From NCBI GenBank assembly GCA_964597575.1, contig CAZQXB010000001.1, positions 64,964 through 128,963 of the forward strand: a stretch of 64,000 bases of DNA, written 5' to 3'. Of the stretch, positions 48,024-58,855 are shown one piece after another. This DNA comes from an uncultured Gammaproteobacteria bacterium (GTDB lineage Bacteria > Patescibacteriota > Patescibacteriia > Magasanikbacterales > UBA922). A program made the position numbers and the translations under genes. Numbering within the stretch: the first letter of the stretch is position 1; the number at the start of each line of letters is the position of its first letter. The notes below the pieces were generated by a model that worked only from the letters and a program-made list of their open reading frames with translations, was not told the DNA's origin and did no database searches.

Positions 48024-49472
48024 TTATACACCGTGGGAGTACAGACGCTGCTTAATGGAATCAATCTCGCCTTTTAACTTTGGATCATTGTCGACATCAC
48101 GGGAAATTTTGGTGTGCGCATGCATGGCCGTGGTATGGTCTCGCCCCCCAAGCTCTTCACCAATAGCCGGGTACGACATTTTGAGCTCGTTTCGAAGGAG
48201 AAACATGATAATTTGTCGTGGATGAGCGAGGCGCTTCTCGCGGCTTTTCCCTGTAATATCGTCGAGGGTAATATCGTAAAACTTGCCAACCTCGTGAATA
48301 ATATCTTTCGGAGTAACCGATTTTTTAAAGGGCTGCGCTTCGAGGGTAACGAGGACGGCTTTAATGCTCTCTGGGGTTGGGGGTGTATTTTTGAGTTGGT
48401 GGAAAGCAATAATTTTATTTAACACTCCTTCGAGTTCACGAATATTGTTTTGGATACTGACCGCAATCATGTTGGCGGTTTTTTCGTCGACAGGGAAACG
48501 TTTTTCCTGACATTTTGCCTGTACAATCGCAATTCTGGTTTCAAGGTCAGGGGCTGCAATGTCAACAATCATGCCCCATTCAAGCCGGCTGCGAAGACGA
48601 TCTTCAAGGCCGGGGATTGCTTTCGGCGGCCGGTCTGAAGTGAGTACGATTTGCTTCCCTTGCTGATGAAGTTCATTAAAGGTATGAAAAAATTCTTCTT
48701 GGGTTTGTTCTTTTCCCCCAATAAATTGGATATCGTCGATAAGAAGAAGGTCAACGTTGCGGTAACGATCCTTAAATTCTTTGGCCCGACCTTCCTTTAC
48801 TGAAGAAATAAAGTCGTTGGTAAATTTCTCTGAGTTAACGTATAAAATTTTGGTATTAGCATTTCTTTGAAGCATGGCGTTTCCAATACCTTGGATCAAA
48901 TGGGTTTTACCCAAACCTACGCCACCATAAATAAAGAGCGGATTGTAGGCTTCCCCTGGGCGATTCGCTACCGCCTGGGCGGCTGCATGGGCCAGTTCAT
49001 TGCCTTTTCCAACAATGAAGGTTTCAAAGGTGTATTTTGGATTCAAACCAAAAGGGTTTTGTGCTGGTTCGCGACGGTAGACTTCCTGTTGTTGAATTTG
49101 TTGAGGTTGTGCTGTTGGGTATTGAGGCATTGGTTGAACCGGAGACGGCTGTGTTTGGGGTCCGGAAGAAGGAGGTGGGGTAGGAGCAGGTTGAAGCTGA
49201 CACTCCTGTTCTTGGATGTTCTTGATATTCTCGACTGTATAGTCCAGTTTTTTAACAGGCTTTCCAGTTACCCGTTCGATCGCTTTAATAATGTTTGTGT
49301 GATATTTTTTTTCAAACCATCCCTTCGCAAATGTGCTTGGCACGCACACCACCACACGACCGTTGTCGTATGTTGATATGCCGGTGCCTTGGAACCATGC
49401 ATTGAAATTGGCTTTGGATATAGTGAGTTCGATTTCGCCGAGGACGGCCTGCCAAATTTCATGATTGGTCAT
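48024..49472 (-). CDS. dnaA: Chromosomal replication initiator DnaA
   Basis: YNPLFIYGGVGLGKTHL, LLIDDIQF, RDHTTAMH. Confidence 0.98.
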   Translation of the reverse strand: MTNHEIWQAVLGEIELTISKANFNAWFQGTGISTYDNGRVVVCVPSTFAKGWFEKKYHTNIIKAIERVTGKPVKKLDYTVENIKNIQEQECQLQPAPTPPPSSGPQTQPSPVQPMPQYPTAQPQQIQQQEVYRREPAQNPFGLNPKYTFETFIVGKGNELAHAAAQAVANRPGEAYNPLFIYGGVGLGKTHLIQGIGNAMLQRNANTKILYVNSEKFTNDFISSVKEGRAKEFKDRYRNVDLLLIDDIQFIGGKEQTQEEFFHTFNELHQQGKQIVLTSDRPPKAIPGLEDRLRSRLEWGMIVDIAAPDLETRIAIVQAKCQEKRFPVDEKTANMIAVSIQNNIRELEGVLNKIIAFHQLKNTPPTPESIKAVLVTLEAQPFKKSVTPKDIIHEVGKFYDITLDDITGKSREKRLAHPRQIIMFLLRNELKMSYPAIGEELGGRDHTTAMHAHTKISRDVDNDPKLKGEIDSIKQRLYSHGV

Positions 49473-49573
49473 AGAGAAACGTATTCTAGGGGCATTGTAC
49501 CACAAGGGAGAGAAAGCAAAAATGGCCTTAGCTTAGCAAAGAAGATGGTTGTGGGTTGATAATCTGTACACAT

Positions 49574-49660
49574 TGGGGATAACCTGTGGATAGTGGGGAT
49601 AACTTTCCGTCTTCTTTTCAGAGTTGAGCCATAAAAGATTGTGCACATGCATGTGTACAA
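49574..49660. promoter_or_regulatory. DnaA boxes and palindrome upstream of dnaA
   Basis: TGGGGATAA, TGTGGATAG, TGGGGATAA tandem; TTGTGCACATGCATGTGTACAA. Confidence 0.7.
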
Positions 49661-49818
49661 TGAAAGATCCATTGGTTCGGATTGACAAAATAGTAGTTCC
49701 GCTTGCCTCGTGTGTTTTGGAGCCCTTCTTTTTATAAAGAAAATGGCTGTGTTGACAAAATAAAAAAAATTCGCTATACTCATCCTATTATATTTTCGTC
49801 CATTTTCCTTAGAATTTT

Positions 49819-50100
49819 ATGCCAATCAAGCAAAATGCTAAAAAAGCCTTGCGCCAGGCAAAAAAGCGCGCGATTCAGAACAAAGTGGTAAAGAATGCGT
49901 ACAAGGAAGCCATGAAGCAAGCTCAGAAAGCAATTGACGGCGGTAAAGACGTGCTCGAAGCCGCTCGTTTGGCACAGCAAAAGCTTGCGAAGGCGGCAAA
50001 GAAGGGTGTGATTAAATCAAACACTGCTTCTCGCAAACTTTCTCGCCTTATGAAAAAGGTGAACCAAGCTGCGAAACCTGCTGCTTCAAAAAAGAAATAA
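49819..50100 (+). CDS. rpsT: 30S ribosomal protein S20
   Basis: MPIKQNAKKALRQ...KKGVIKSNTASRKLSRL. Confidence 0.95.
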   Translation: MPIKQNAKKALRQAKKRAIQNKVVKNAYKEAMKQAQKAIDGGKDVLEAARLAQQKLAKAAKKGVIKSNTASRKLSRLMKKVNQAAKPAASKKK

Positions 50101-50164
50101 TTATCCCCAAATACAAAAAATATCCCCAAGACCTGGGGATATTTTTGTTTTCCCGTCCAGACTG

Positions 50165-51133
50165 CTAATTCCCAAAACGAACAATAATGTACTCAAGGGT
50201 ACTGGCCATGTCCGTTTTTCCTGTTTTTACCCCGATATCAGCCTCAAGGAGCAGGCGATGGAGTTCTTGAAATTTTTCAGGCGGAGTTTGTTTAATTAAC
50301 CCCAATGATTTTTTGACCACGAACGGATGGGCCCCAATCTTGCGAGCAAGAGAATCGGAAGAAGCCCCTGGATCTCGTTTTAAGGCATCGGAGAGTTCAA
50401 GTAAAATTTTGGTCTGTCGGATAAGCATGGCAAGCACATAGCCGTCCTCGCCCCCATGGCTCCGCTCCATGGCAAGGTGCTCAAAAGCTTGCTTGGTTTT
50501 TTGGGCCACAATGCTATCAACGAGTGCAAAAATAACATCCTCGGTTCCGCCATCGAGAAAAAGAAGGACATCAGCTTCTGTAATAGCAGTATTTTGTCCG
50601 CTATAGGCGGTAAGTACTTCAAAAAGATTTTTTGCCTGCCAAGAATCTACCCCAGCAATACGCACGAGTTCAGGAAGTGCGTGAGCATCAACAGTCTTTC
50701 CTCGTTCTTTAAAATATTCCTTGACCCAGGTGCCAGCTTCAGAAGAAGTAAGTTTGGCAAATTCTTGAGCATAGGGTGTCGCTTTAAGTGTGTCCCACAG
50801 CGCCTTTGCTTCTTTGTGTTTTTCAGGAGCAGCTTCTTCAAAAAAAATAGTAACATTGGTTGGTGGAAGTTTATTCGCCGTGATTTTTTCCTGAATGGCT
50901 AATTGCAGCTCTTTGTTTTTTGTTTTCATGAGCCGCTCAACGACAATCATTCTTTTTTCTGCGAGAAAAGGGGAGGCGCTTATTTCTTCAAGAATATTTA
51001 CCTTGCTCGAGGCGGCATCAAGCACGACAACATTAAGCCCTTGAGGGTCACGTTCTGCCTTGAAGCGCTCAATCAGTTTTTTTAAACGCTCACGGCTTCG
51101 GAATGTATCTTCCCCGTAGAGAAAAATAACCAT
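50165..51133 (-). CDS. holA: DNA polymerase III delta subunit
   Basis: FLYGED, SPFLAEKR, IFALVD, HPFVVKK, DIGVKTG. Confidence 0.9.
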   Translation of the reverse strand: MVIFLYGEDTFRSRERLKKLIERFKAERDPQGLNVVVLDAASSKVNILEEISASPFLAEKRMIVVERLMKTKNKELQLAIQEKITANKLPPTNVTIFFEEAAPEKHKEAKALWDTLKATPYAQEFAKLTSSEAGTWVKEYFKERGKTVDAHALPELVRIAGVDSWQAKNLFEVLTAYSGQNTAITEADVLLFLDGGTEDVIFALVDSIVAQKTKQAFEHLAMERSHGGEDGYVLAMLIRQTKILLELSDALKRDPGASSDSLARKIGAHPFVVKKSLGLIKQTPPEKFQELHRLLLEADIGVKTGKTDMASTLEYIIVRFGN

Positions 51134-51134
51134 A

Positions 51135-53828
51135 TTATTTTAACTCGCCCCAACGATCACCAATCGCTACATGAACCTCAACAGGAACTTTCAATTTTAC
51201 CACCTCAACCATTTTTTGTTTCGCGAGCTCGGCCACTTCTTCTGCAATACCTTCTTTGCATTCGAGCACCAATTCGTCGTGAACTTGGAGTGTAATGCGC
51301 GCATCTTCTAAAGAGTACCGTTTCAGGAGTTCATCATGAAGTGAGATCATCGCAAGCTTAATAATATCGGCATTTGTTCCCTGAATGGGCATGTTGACCG
51401 CCATGCGTTCGCCCGCACTTCGGAGTTGGTGGTTGTCGGATGCAAGTTCAGGAATATACCGACGTCGACCATACAGCGTTTCAACATACCCTGTTTCTTT
51501 GGCAAACGCGATGGTGTTTTCAATATACTTTTTTACGCCCGCGTATTCTTTGAAATACGCCTCAATAAATGCTTTTGCTTGCCACTGAGGAATCTGTGTT
51601 CGCCAGGCAAGCCCGAACGAGCCCATACCATAGAGAATACCAAAGTTAACGGCCTTTGCAGCGTAGCGCATTTCTTTCGTTACTTCAGATTCTTTGACGC
51701 CGTGAATGGCGGCTGCCGCAGAGGTGTGAATGTCTTTGCCTTCCTTAAAAATCTCCATCATGCGTTTGTCTTCGGCGAGCGAGGCGACAATACGAAGTTC
51801 GATTTGGGAGTAGTCGGCAGAAATAAGTTTGTACCCCTTCGCCGCAATAAACGTATTTCGTACCTGTGAGCCAAGCTCGGTTCGAATCGGAATGTTTTGC
51901 AAATTGGGGTCAACGCTCGACAGGCGGCCGGTTGCAGCCACGGCCTGGTTAAAGTGCGTATGAATTCTCCCGGTGCTCGGATTAACGAGAGTGGGTAAGA
52001 CATCAATATAGGTATTTTGAAGTTTGGAAAGTTCGCGATGTTCTTCGATGAGAGGAATAATGGCATGCTCTTCACGAAGCTTTTCTAATTCTGACGCGGC
52101 CGTGGAATATCCAGTTTTGCCTTTTTTAATTCCGTCAGTTGGAAGGGCTAACGTATCAAACAAAATATCGCGAAGCTGCGTGCTCGAGGCCACATTGAAT
52201 TCAGTTCCTGCTTCTTTCCAGATTTGTTTGGTGAGTCGGTCAAGGCTCGCTGCTACCGTTTCAGATAATTCACCGAGCACCTTCAGGTCAACTTCTACCC
52301 CAACAAGTTCCATGGCCGAAAGAACCGGAATAAGTTTCATCTCCATGTTTTTGAACAACCCCGCGTCAGTCATTTTTTGGAGTGCGGTATCAAAAATAGA
52401 AAAGAGAGGAAAGAATACGGAAATCTGTTCCGCGGTTTCTTCGACCGTTGGGCGAAAGAGTGAGGCCTGAGCATTTTTTTCTGGAAGTGTGAAGTGGAGT
52501 TCGCGTTCTACTATGCTTTCCAGATCGTGGGCCCGCGTGCTTGAGTTCACCACATACGACGCAATCATGAGATCAAACAGCGGAGCCGTGATTGTAAGAT
52601 TTTTATGGAGCAATGCACGGTAGGTTTCTTTTAAATTATGGCCCACAATATGCTCTGCGCTGTTTATTGTTTTCAGAAATACTTTTTGGTGTGTTTCTAA
52701 ATCTTTCCAAGAAAAAATGAGTGTTTTTTCTGGAGTTCCTAAAATAATGTGAGTGAGGGAGCCGGTTAAAATATCACCTGTGGTCACCTCTTCTTTCATG
52801 GCAAGAATGGGCGCGTTCTCTAAAGAAAGAAGCGTTTCTTTTATTTGTTCCGAAGAAATAATTTCGATAGGGGTCTTTTTCTCTGTGAAAGGTTTTTTCG
52901 TTTTTGGTGCAGGAGCCTCGCCACGAAGTCGTTTCAAAAGTGAGAAAAATTCAAACTTTTGAAAAAGGGGTTCAAGCACCTCAAGGTTAAAAGGTTTAAT
53001 GGCCGTCTTTGAAAGAGAAAAATCTAAATCCGGAACATCGCGTTTAATGGTTGCGAGGGCTCGGCTCATTTTAGCGGACTCGTACCCACCCTCAAGCTTC
53101 GCAATAACACCTTTGGGAAACGTTTCTCGAATAACACTCTTCTCTTTTTTGAGATCCCTGTACATGTCGTCCACGCCACCAATTTTCGTAATGAGTTCCG
53201 TTGCTGTTTTTTCACCAATGCCTTTAATGCCCGGAATATTATCTGAGGTATCTCCGCGGAGAGATTTATAATCGATAATTCGTTCGGGTCCAAAACCGTA
53301 TTTTTCTTTTACTTTCTCCGCGTCGAAAATAACCACATCTGAAAGACCTTTCCGAAGTTCGTAGACTCGTGTGTTTTCGTCGATGAGCTGTAAAATATCC
53401 ATATCACCTGTCACGATGAGGGTTTGGATACCATTTTTAAGTATATTTTTGTCGGCAGAAATCGTGCCGATCACATCGTCGGCTTCATATCCTTCTTTTT
53501 CAAAAATCTCGATTCCCATGGCTCGGACCACGTCGTGAATAAGCGGTATTTGGTTATATAGAGCGTCGTCGGCTTTGACGCGTTTGGCTTTGTATTCCGT
53601 AAAAATTTCATCGCGAAATGTACCGCCTGCCACATCAAATGAAACGGCAATGTGGCTCGGTGCAATTTCTTGAATCACCCGAAGGAGGGTGGAAACAAAG
53701 CCATAGACCGCGTTTACGACCATGCCATCTTTGGTCGTCAGTGGGGGAACGGCATGGTATGCACGGTGAATAATGGCGTTGCCATCGATAAGAACTAAGG
53801 TCTTTTGTGGAGGGGTATTTTTAGCCAT
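51135..53828 (-). CDS. polA: DNA polymerase I
   Basis: LIDGN...RAYHA, GYEADD, TGRLSS.DPNLQN, ADYSQIELR, LQVHDEL. Confidence 0.97.
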   Translation of the reverse strand: MAKNTPPQKTLVLIDGNAIIHRAYHAVPPLTTKDGMVVNAVYGFVSTLLRVIQEIAPSHIAVSFDVAGGTFRDEIFTEYKAKRVKADDALYNQIPLIHDVVRAMGIEIFEKEGYEADDVIGTISADKNILKNGIQTLIVTGDMDILQLIDENTRVYELRKGLSDVVIFDAEKVKEKYGFGPERIIDYKSLRGDTSDNIPGIKGIGEKTATELITKIGGVDDMYRDLKKEKSVIRETFPKGVIAKLEGGYESAKMSRALATIKRDVPDLDFSLSKTAIKPFNLEVLEPLFQKFEFFSLLKRLRGEAPAPKTKKPFTEKKTPIEIISSEQIKETLLSLENAPILAMKEEVTTGDILTGSLTHIILGTPEKTLIFSWKDLETHQKVFLKTINSAEHIVGHNLKETYRALLHKNLTITAPLFDLMIASYVVNSSTRAHDLESIVERELHFTLPEKNAQASLFRPTVEETAEQISVFFPLFSIFDTALQKMTDAGLFKNMEMKLIPVLSAMELVGVEVDLKVLGELSETVAASLDRLTKQIWKEAGTEFNVASSTQLRDILFDTLALPTDGIKKGKTGYSTAASELEKLREEHAIIPLIEEHRELSKLQNTYIDVLPTLVNPSTGRIHTHFNQAVAATGRLSSVDPNLQNIPIRTELGSQVRNTFIAAKGYKLISADYSQIELRIVASLAEDKRMMEIFKEGKDIHTSAAAAIHGVKESEVTKEMRYAAKAVNFGILYGMGSFGLAWRTQIPQWQAKAFIEAYFKEYAGVKKYIENTIAFAKETGYVETLYGRRRYIPELASDNHQLRSAGERMAVNMPIQGTNADIIKLAMISLHDELLKRYSLEDARITLQVHDELVLECKEGIAEEVAELAKQKMVEVVKLKVPVEVHVAIGDRWGELK

Positions 53829-53908
53829 AGTAGGCTCATGGTATCACACTTTCACTCTTGAAAAAAAGGGCGGTGCGTGTTATGCTCTATGCGTTCGAAA
53901 GGTGCCAC

Positions 53909-53980
<72 letters not shown>

Positions 53981-54200
53981 CAAATATAAAATACTACCTC
54001 TAGAGGTAGTATTTTATTATTGGTTTGGTTTCGATGTGGGAATTGAACCAGAAGGGGGTCGGGGAAACAGTTGTTTCCCCGTGGCGGATTATTGAAACCG
54101 AGGGGTTTCAAAACGCAGCGAACGAAGTGGGCGAGTAGTGAAATTACCCACCCGTACCTCAAATATAAAAGAGAGCTTCAAGCTCTCTTTTATATTTGGT
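53981..54200 (+). repeat. tRNA-trailing structured cassette (Cys copy)
   Basis: Hairpin, anti-T-arm GTGGGAATTGAACC (54036-54049), core 63/65 identical to Pro copy, 24-nt direct repeat (53968-53991 = 54147-54170), hairpin. Confidence 0.9.
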
Positions 54201-54211
54201 CTCGAGGGTCG

Positions 54212-54691
54212 TTATTTTTTTGAAGGTTTTTTCTTCTTTTTTGCAGGTGATTTTTCTTCATGAACTTCCTCCTCTTCAGAAAAGTCTTCTTCAAAAGAAG
54301 GTGCGCTCAGTGCTTTTACCATTTGGATAAGAGTCTCGATTTTTTTGTTCAACATTTCAATTTGATTCTGCACATCGTTTCCACGTCGTTCACCGCCATC
54401 TGCTTGGTATGTTGGACGTTCTGACTGAAATGAAGGGCGAAACGATGTTTCTGGTTTACTGCTTTTAAAGCAGTCCTTACAAAATACTGGTTTTTTGCCA
54501 TTCGGACGGAAAGGAACTTCACACATTTTGCCACAGCGAGCACAGGTTGCCTGGTGCATTTCACCACCGCGAGAAAAATCTCTCCCTGGGCCACCACTAC
54601 CCCCTCTAAATCCGCCTCTGTCTCGAAAACCACCACGGCTTTCTCCGCGATCCCCACCCCCAAAACGACGTTCCTTTTTGAAATCTCTCAT
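54212..54691 (-). CDS. CxxC-x17-CxxC domain protein with RGG-rich N-terminus
   Basis: MHQATCARCGKMCEVPFRP..KKPVFCKDCF. Confidence 0.88.
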   Translation of the reverse strand: MRDFKKERRFGGGDRGESRGGFRDRGGFRGGSGGPGRDFSRGGEMHQATCARCGKMCEVPFRPNGKKPVFCKDCFKSSKPETSFRPSFQSERPTYQADGGERRGNDVQNQIEMLNKKIETLIQMVKALSAPSFEEDFSEEEEVHEEKSPAKKKKKPSKK

Positions 54692-54725
54692 ATGCTGAAG
54701 TTAGTTTAGGAATGGTAAAATAAAT

Positions 54726-55295
54726 TTATTTTTCACTTACGCGTCCACCGTATTCTCCGGTGTCGGTGTTCACGATAACCTCCTCACCTTCTTTAATAAA
54801 GATCGGTGCGTGAACCGTAAGACCGTTGTGAAGTTTAATTTCTTTTGTAACGTTTCCACCAGCACTGTCTCCGCGAACTGCAGGAGGTGCTTCAGCAACA
54901 GTATAAGTCACTTTCTTTGGAAGTTCGATCGCGACTACGCGTCCCTCGTGCATAACCGCAATGACTTCAAGCCCTTCTTTGAGATATTTTGATTCATCGC
55001 CAATAATGTCAGTCCCAATATCTACGGTTTCAAAGGTGCTCTGATTCATGAAAGAGAATTTGCCACCACTTCCGTATAAGTACTGCATGTTCTGGTATTC
55101 CACCTGAACAGTGTCCACTTTTTCACTGCTCTTATAGGTAATATCCATTGATTTGCCAGAAGAAATGCTCTTCATTTTTGTTTTCGTAAACGCAGAACCT
55201 TTTCCTGGATTTACAAATTGAGCCAAGGTCACCACGTATAAGTCATTGTTGTGGCGGATTACTGCGCCTTTGCGGATGTCTGCTGTGTCGCCCAT
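54726..55295 (-). CDS. efp: Elongation factor P
   Basis: VNPGKGSAF, MQYLY, RGDSA, PIFIKEGE..VNT..GEY. Confidence 0.96.
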   Translation of the reverse strand: MGDTADIRKGAVIRHNNDLYVVTLAQFVNPGKGSAFTKTKMKSISSGKSMDITYKSSEKVDTVQVEYQNMQYLYGSGGKFSFMNQSTFETVDIGTDIIGDESKYLKEGLEVIAVMHEGRVVAIELPKKVTYTVAEAPPAVRGDSAGGNVTKEIKLHNGLTVHAPIFIKEGEEVIVNTDTGEYGGRVSEK

Positions 55296-55395
55296 AGGAA
55301 TGCTATTAAATTTTGATTGGCTGAAAGTGCTCCCAGTGTAGCCAAAAAGTAGGGAAGTGTCAAGAAAGTGACATTTTATATACTTATCCACATAG

Positions 55396-55416
55396 TACCT
55401 TGTATAACAAGGTACC
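55396..55416. promoter_or_regulatory. Inverted repeat, probable PadR operator
   Basis: GTACCTTGT-ATA-ACAAGGTAC in the padR promoter region. Confidence 0.55.
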
Positions 55417-55457
55417 TTTGTATATACTACTGCCATAGACATCCTTTTTCTTCCTGT

Positions 55458-55796
55458 ATGAAGACTTTAGATATTGAAAAAACGAAAAGTGATATGCGCC
55501 GGGGTATCCTCGAGTACTGTGTTCTCCTGACGATTTCTCGCGGAAAGATCTATGCAAGCGATATGCTAAAGAAATTGAAAGATGCTGACCTGCTCGTCGT
55601 CGAGGGGACGCTGTATCCGCTCCTTAACCGGCTGCGCACTGAAGAGCTTTTGGAATACACCTGGGAAGAATCGAAATCCGGCCCCCCTAGAAAATACTAT
55701 ATGCTGACCGCTCTTGGAAAAGAAAATCTTGATCAGCTCAGCCGCACCTGGAAATCACTCGTTGAATCTGTTCACAACCTTACTTCTCTTGAATAA
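55458..55796 (+). CDS. PadR family transcriptional regulator
   Basis: MRRGILE, EGTLYPLLNRL, GPPRKYY.LT..G. Confidence 0.92.
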   Translation: MKTLDIEKTKSDMRRGILEYCVLLTISRGKIYASDMLKKLKDADLLVVEGTLYPLLNRLRTEELLEYTWEESKSGPPRKYYMLTALGKENLDQLSRTWKSLVESVHNLTSLE

Positions 55797-55800
55797 CTGT

Positions 55801-57564
55801 ATGAAAAAAGCACTCACGATAAGCATTGCCCAAACCCTCTTTACCATTGAAGAAGATGCCTACCAAAAACTGGATGGATATTTACGTTCGGTTCGAGCCC
55901 ACTTTTCAGCTACTGAGGGCGGCGAAGAAGTGGTGGCGGATATTGAAAGTCGTATTGCCGAATTATTTCTTGCTTCGAAACGCGCTATTATTACGCTTGT
56001 CGAAGTAGATGCAGTAATGGTTTCTATGGGAGGTGTTGAAGATTTTGACGATGAAAAATCTTCTGGGCCAGAAATGAAAGAAAAAAAGACTGAAGAAGAG
56101 CGTGGGGGAACAAAACGATTATTCCGTGATACAGAAAACGGTATTGTGGCGGGTGTTTCGTCTGGGTTGGCCGCATACACCGGTGTTGATGCGCTTTGGA
56201 TTCGGATTCTTTTCATCGTGCTCGTTCTTTCAAGTGGAATCGGTATCCTGATTTATATTATTTTGTGGTTAGCGGTACCAGAAGCCAAAACTGCGGCCCA
56301 GAAACTCGAAATGCAGGGGAGCCCCGTCACCATTGAAAATCTTACCGAGAATGTAAAGGAAAAAATTGAAGACGTGAAGAAAAATCCCTCTACCTATTTC
56401 CGAAGAATTATCGAGGGAATTGTGGCAGTGATCGGGAACGTGGCTCGTGCTTTTGTGACTGTGGTTGGTCCTATTATGCGCTACGGTGTCGGTTTTTTCC
56501 TTGCGTTGTTTGGATTGTTTGCCATCATGGGTATTTCAATTGTTTCGGTTGGGTTTATTTCGGATGCCTTTGGTCCGTATGTCAATCCTTCGTTTCGTGA
56601 TCTTGTCTCACAAGGTTGGTTAGTGTTTGTGTACTTTACTTTTCTTGTTCCGGCCGTGTTTCTCTTCCTCTTTGCCATTGGTATTTTAAGAAAAAAACAA
56701 TTCTTTACTCCCGCACTTGGGTTTGGTCTCCTTGGGATTTGGTGTGTTTCAGTAGTCGGGATGACCGTATGGGGAATTACTTTTTCTGGGGAGTATCAGA
56801 AAATTTTGCGCGAGAGTCCTGAATACGCTCCCGTGTCCACGACATACAGTATAAGTACAAGCACCACCGGTCTTTTTCTTTCGGGGAATGAGCAGGTAAA
56901 AGTGATTCAGGGCGACGAGCGGAGCGTGCAAATTTCTGGACGCGCGTATGATATGAAAGGTCTAGAGATAGAAGAAAAAGACGGTCTTCTTCATGTGAAA
57001 AGAAAGCATTTTTCCGAAATCTGTTTCCTTTGTGGTACAAAAGAGATTGAAGTGGTGATCACCATGCCACGCCTTGAAACCATTGTGGCGGAAAGTGGTG
57101 CTGAAGTGATGATTGATTCCTGGAAAAGCGAAACACTTCTTTCTACCTCATTTCGTCTTGGTGCCGACGGGGTTTTACGAGGAATTGAGGCTCCCGAAAT
57201 TCTTCTTGGCGCAGAGCGGGGTTCAGATGTACAAGCGACGGTGTCAACCACACACGCAACACTTACCGCTGCCCATGGTTCAGACATTCAAATGACAGGC
57301 AGAGCGCAGATGTTGGAGGTAAGCGCCGTGCAAGGGAGTGATATTGAAGTGAGTCGTGTGGTCGCAGAAGAGGCAAATGCAACTGCAACGTATGGCGCGC
57401 AAATTGAGTTAGGGGAACTGAAAGTGCTTCATGCCTTGGCTGAAGATGGTGGAAGTGTAGAGTACGTAGGCGAACCCATTTTAACGACGGATGGAGATCG
57501 TTCTGGGAATATCTACCAGAGAGAAAAAATGGAAATTATTCGGGAATCGGAGAATGTGGAATAA
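55801..57564 (+). CDS. PspC domain membrane protein with C-terminal DUF2807-like beta-repeat domain
   Basis: IEEDAY..L..YL, LFRD....VAGVSSGLA, YIILWLAVP; repeated GS/GA beta-strand units. Confidence 0.85.
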   Translation: MKKALTISIAQTLFTIEEDAYQKLDGYLRSVRAHFSATEGGEEVVADIESRIAELFLASKRAIITLVEVDAVMVSMGGVEDFDDEKSSGPEMKEKKTEEERGGTKRLFRDTENGIVAGVSSGLAAYTGVDALWIRILFIVLVLSSGIGILIYIILWLAVPEAKTAAQKLEMQGSPVTIENLTENVKEKIEDVKKNPSTYFRRIIEGIVAVIGNVARAFVTVVGPIMRYGVGFFLALFGLFAIMGISIVSVGFISDAFGPYVNPSFRDLVSQGWLVFVYFTFLVPAVFLFLFAIGILRKKQFFTPALGFGLLGIWCVSVVGMTVWGITFSGEYQKILRESPEYAPVSTTYSISTSTTGLFLSGNEQVKVIQGDERSVQISGRAYDMKGLEIEEKDGLLHVKRKHFSEICFLCGTKEIEVVITMPRLETIVAESGAEVMIDSWKSETLLSTSFRLGADGVLRGIEAPEILLGAERGSDVQATVSTTHATLTAAHGSDIQMTGRAQMLEVSAVQGSDIEVSRVVAEEANATATYGAQIELGELKVLHALAEDGGSVEYVGEPILTTDGDRSGNIYQREKMEIIRESENVE

Positions 57565-57631
57565 AAAATAAGAAAGAGTCCCTGGCCGGGACTCTTTTTG
57601 TTGCGTGAGATTTTTTCCTTCAGTTTTCTAA

Positions 57632-58186
57632 TCAATTTTTTTTCTGTGGAGTAAGTCGATAAGCGACAACAATAAGGATGATTCCGGCTAGGGCCACACC
57701 TCCTACCATAAGAGCACTTGTTTTTGAAGTCTTATCTTCACTCGCTTTTGTTCCGTTTGTGGGCGAGTTCCCTGCACCAAGTATTTCCAAATCTTCCGTT
57801 GCGTTTTCGAGAAGGGCGGTACGTCCACACAAATATACTGCCAGATTTTTATCTTCTGTTTCTGAAGCATACACAAGATATGCACCTCCCTCGGAGAAGC
57901 TGTAACCGCAAGCTGCGCTATCACCCGGTGTCGTAAGACTCAACGTTTTTTGATCTGCCCCTTTCCAGACCGTTCGCACATCAAAAGAAATTTTTTGATC
58001 TCGCGAAAGCGCCGACTGTTCAATGTGCGTTACTGTTCCGGAAAACACTGCTGCCGATTGAGCTAAAGATTCTTGCGGAGGTTGTGGGGGAATACAAGAG
58101 CATGCTTTCGCGTATGTGGGAAAAATCGCAAAAATAAAAAAAGGTATGAGGAGAAGAGTGATGTATCGTGAGGATATTTTTTTCAT
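57632..58186 (-). CDS. TIMP/NTR-like fold membrane-anchored protein
   Basis: Signal, ACSC.PP, AVFSGTV, VWKG, ACGY.F..G..YLVYA, C-terminal TM. Confidence 0.75.
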   Translation of the reverse strand: MKKISSRYITLLLIPFFIFAIFPTYAKACSCIPPQPPQESLAQSAAVFSGTVTHIEQSALSRDQKISFDVRTVWKGADQKTLSLTTPGDSAACGYSFSEGGAYLVYASETEDKNLAVYLCGRTALLENATEDLEILGAGNSPTNGTKASEDKTSKTSALMVGGVALAGIILIVVAYRLTPQKKN

Positions 58187-58394
58187 AGAGAGGTGTGAGA
58201 AGTATTATTGTACTCGCTGCTTTATGTACTTTAGCAAGAAGTGTTCGCTGTCGTCTACTCAAAATTAATATAAAACAAAACACACCCGGGGTAGGGTGTG
58301 TTTTGTGATCCCGCGAGACAAGCTGTCCGCAGAGTCGTGCCATACAGTATCATTGGTATCATGATACCGAAACACCACAGTATACGGTGTTTCG

Positions 58395-58467
58395 AGCGGT
58401 GAACCAGATTCGAACTGGCGACCTCTTCCTTGGCAAGGAAGCGTTCTACCAACTGAACTACCACCGC
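58395..58467 (-). tRNA. tRNA-Gly (GCC)
   Basis: Reverse complement cloverleaf GCGGTGG..., TTGCCAA loop. Confidence 0.95.
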
Positions 58468-58520
58468 GTGCCAAAATCGGTCATAGAAATCGGCGTTCTC
58501 GTTGGTAAAGAGAAGCCTTG

Positions 58521-58593
58521 TTGCGAGACCCGGACTCGAACCGGGAACCTTCGGGTTATGGGCCCGACGAGCTGCCAATTGCTCTATCTCGCG
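58521..58593 (-). tRNA. Initiator tRNA-fMet (CAT)
   Basis: C1:A72 mismatch, three G:C pairs in anticodon stem, loop CCCATAA. Confidence 0.93.
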
Positions 58594-58738
58594 ATATAGT
58601 AGGGAAATTGTTGTGAACACACAATATCACAGAAGCCTACAGTTGTCAAAGCAATTGAGGGGTTTAAGGCTCTAATGGAGAAAACAAGAGAAGCCAAAAT
58701 ATAAAATATCACCCCTGAAGGGCGATATTTTATATTTG

Positions 58739-58811
58739 AGCGGGTGATGGGAATCGAACCCACTTCTCCAGCTTGGAAGGCTAGCATAATAAGCCATTAT
58801 ACTACACCCGC
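58739..58811 (-). tRNA. tRNA-Gly (TCC)
   Basis: GCGGGTG/CACCCGC stem, CTTCCAA loop. Confidence 0.95.
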
Positions 58812-58855
58812 ATTCATTGTTGTGGAGAGAGTTTACCCTAGAAAACCCTACCTTG

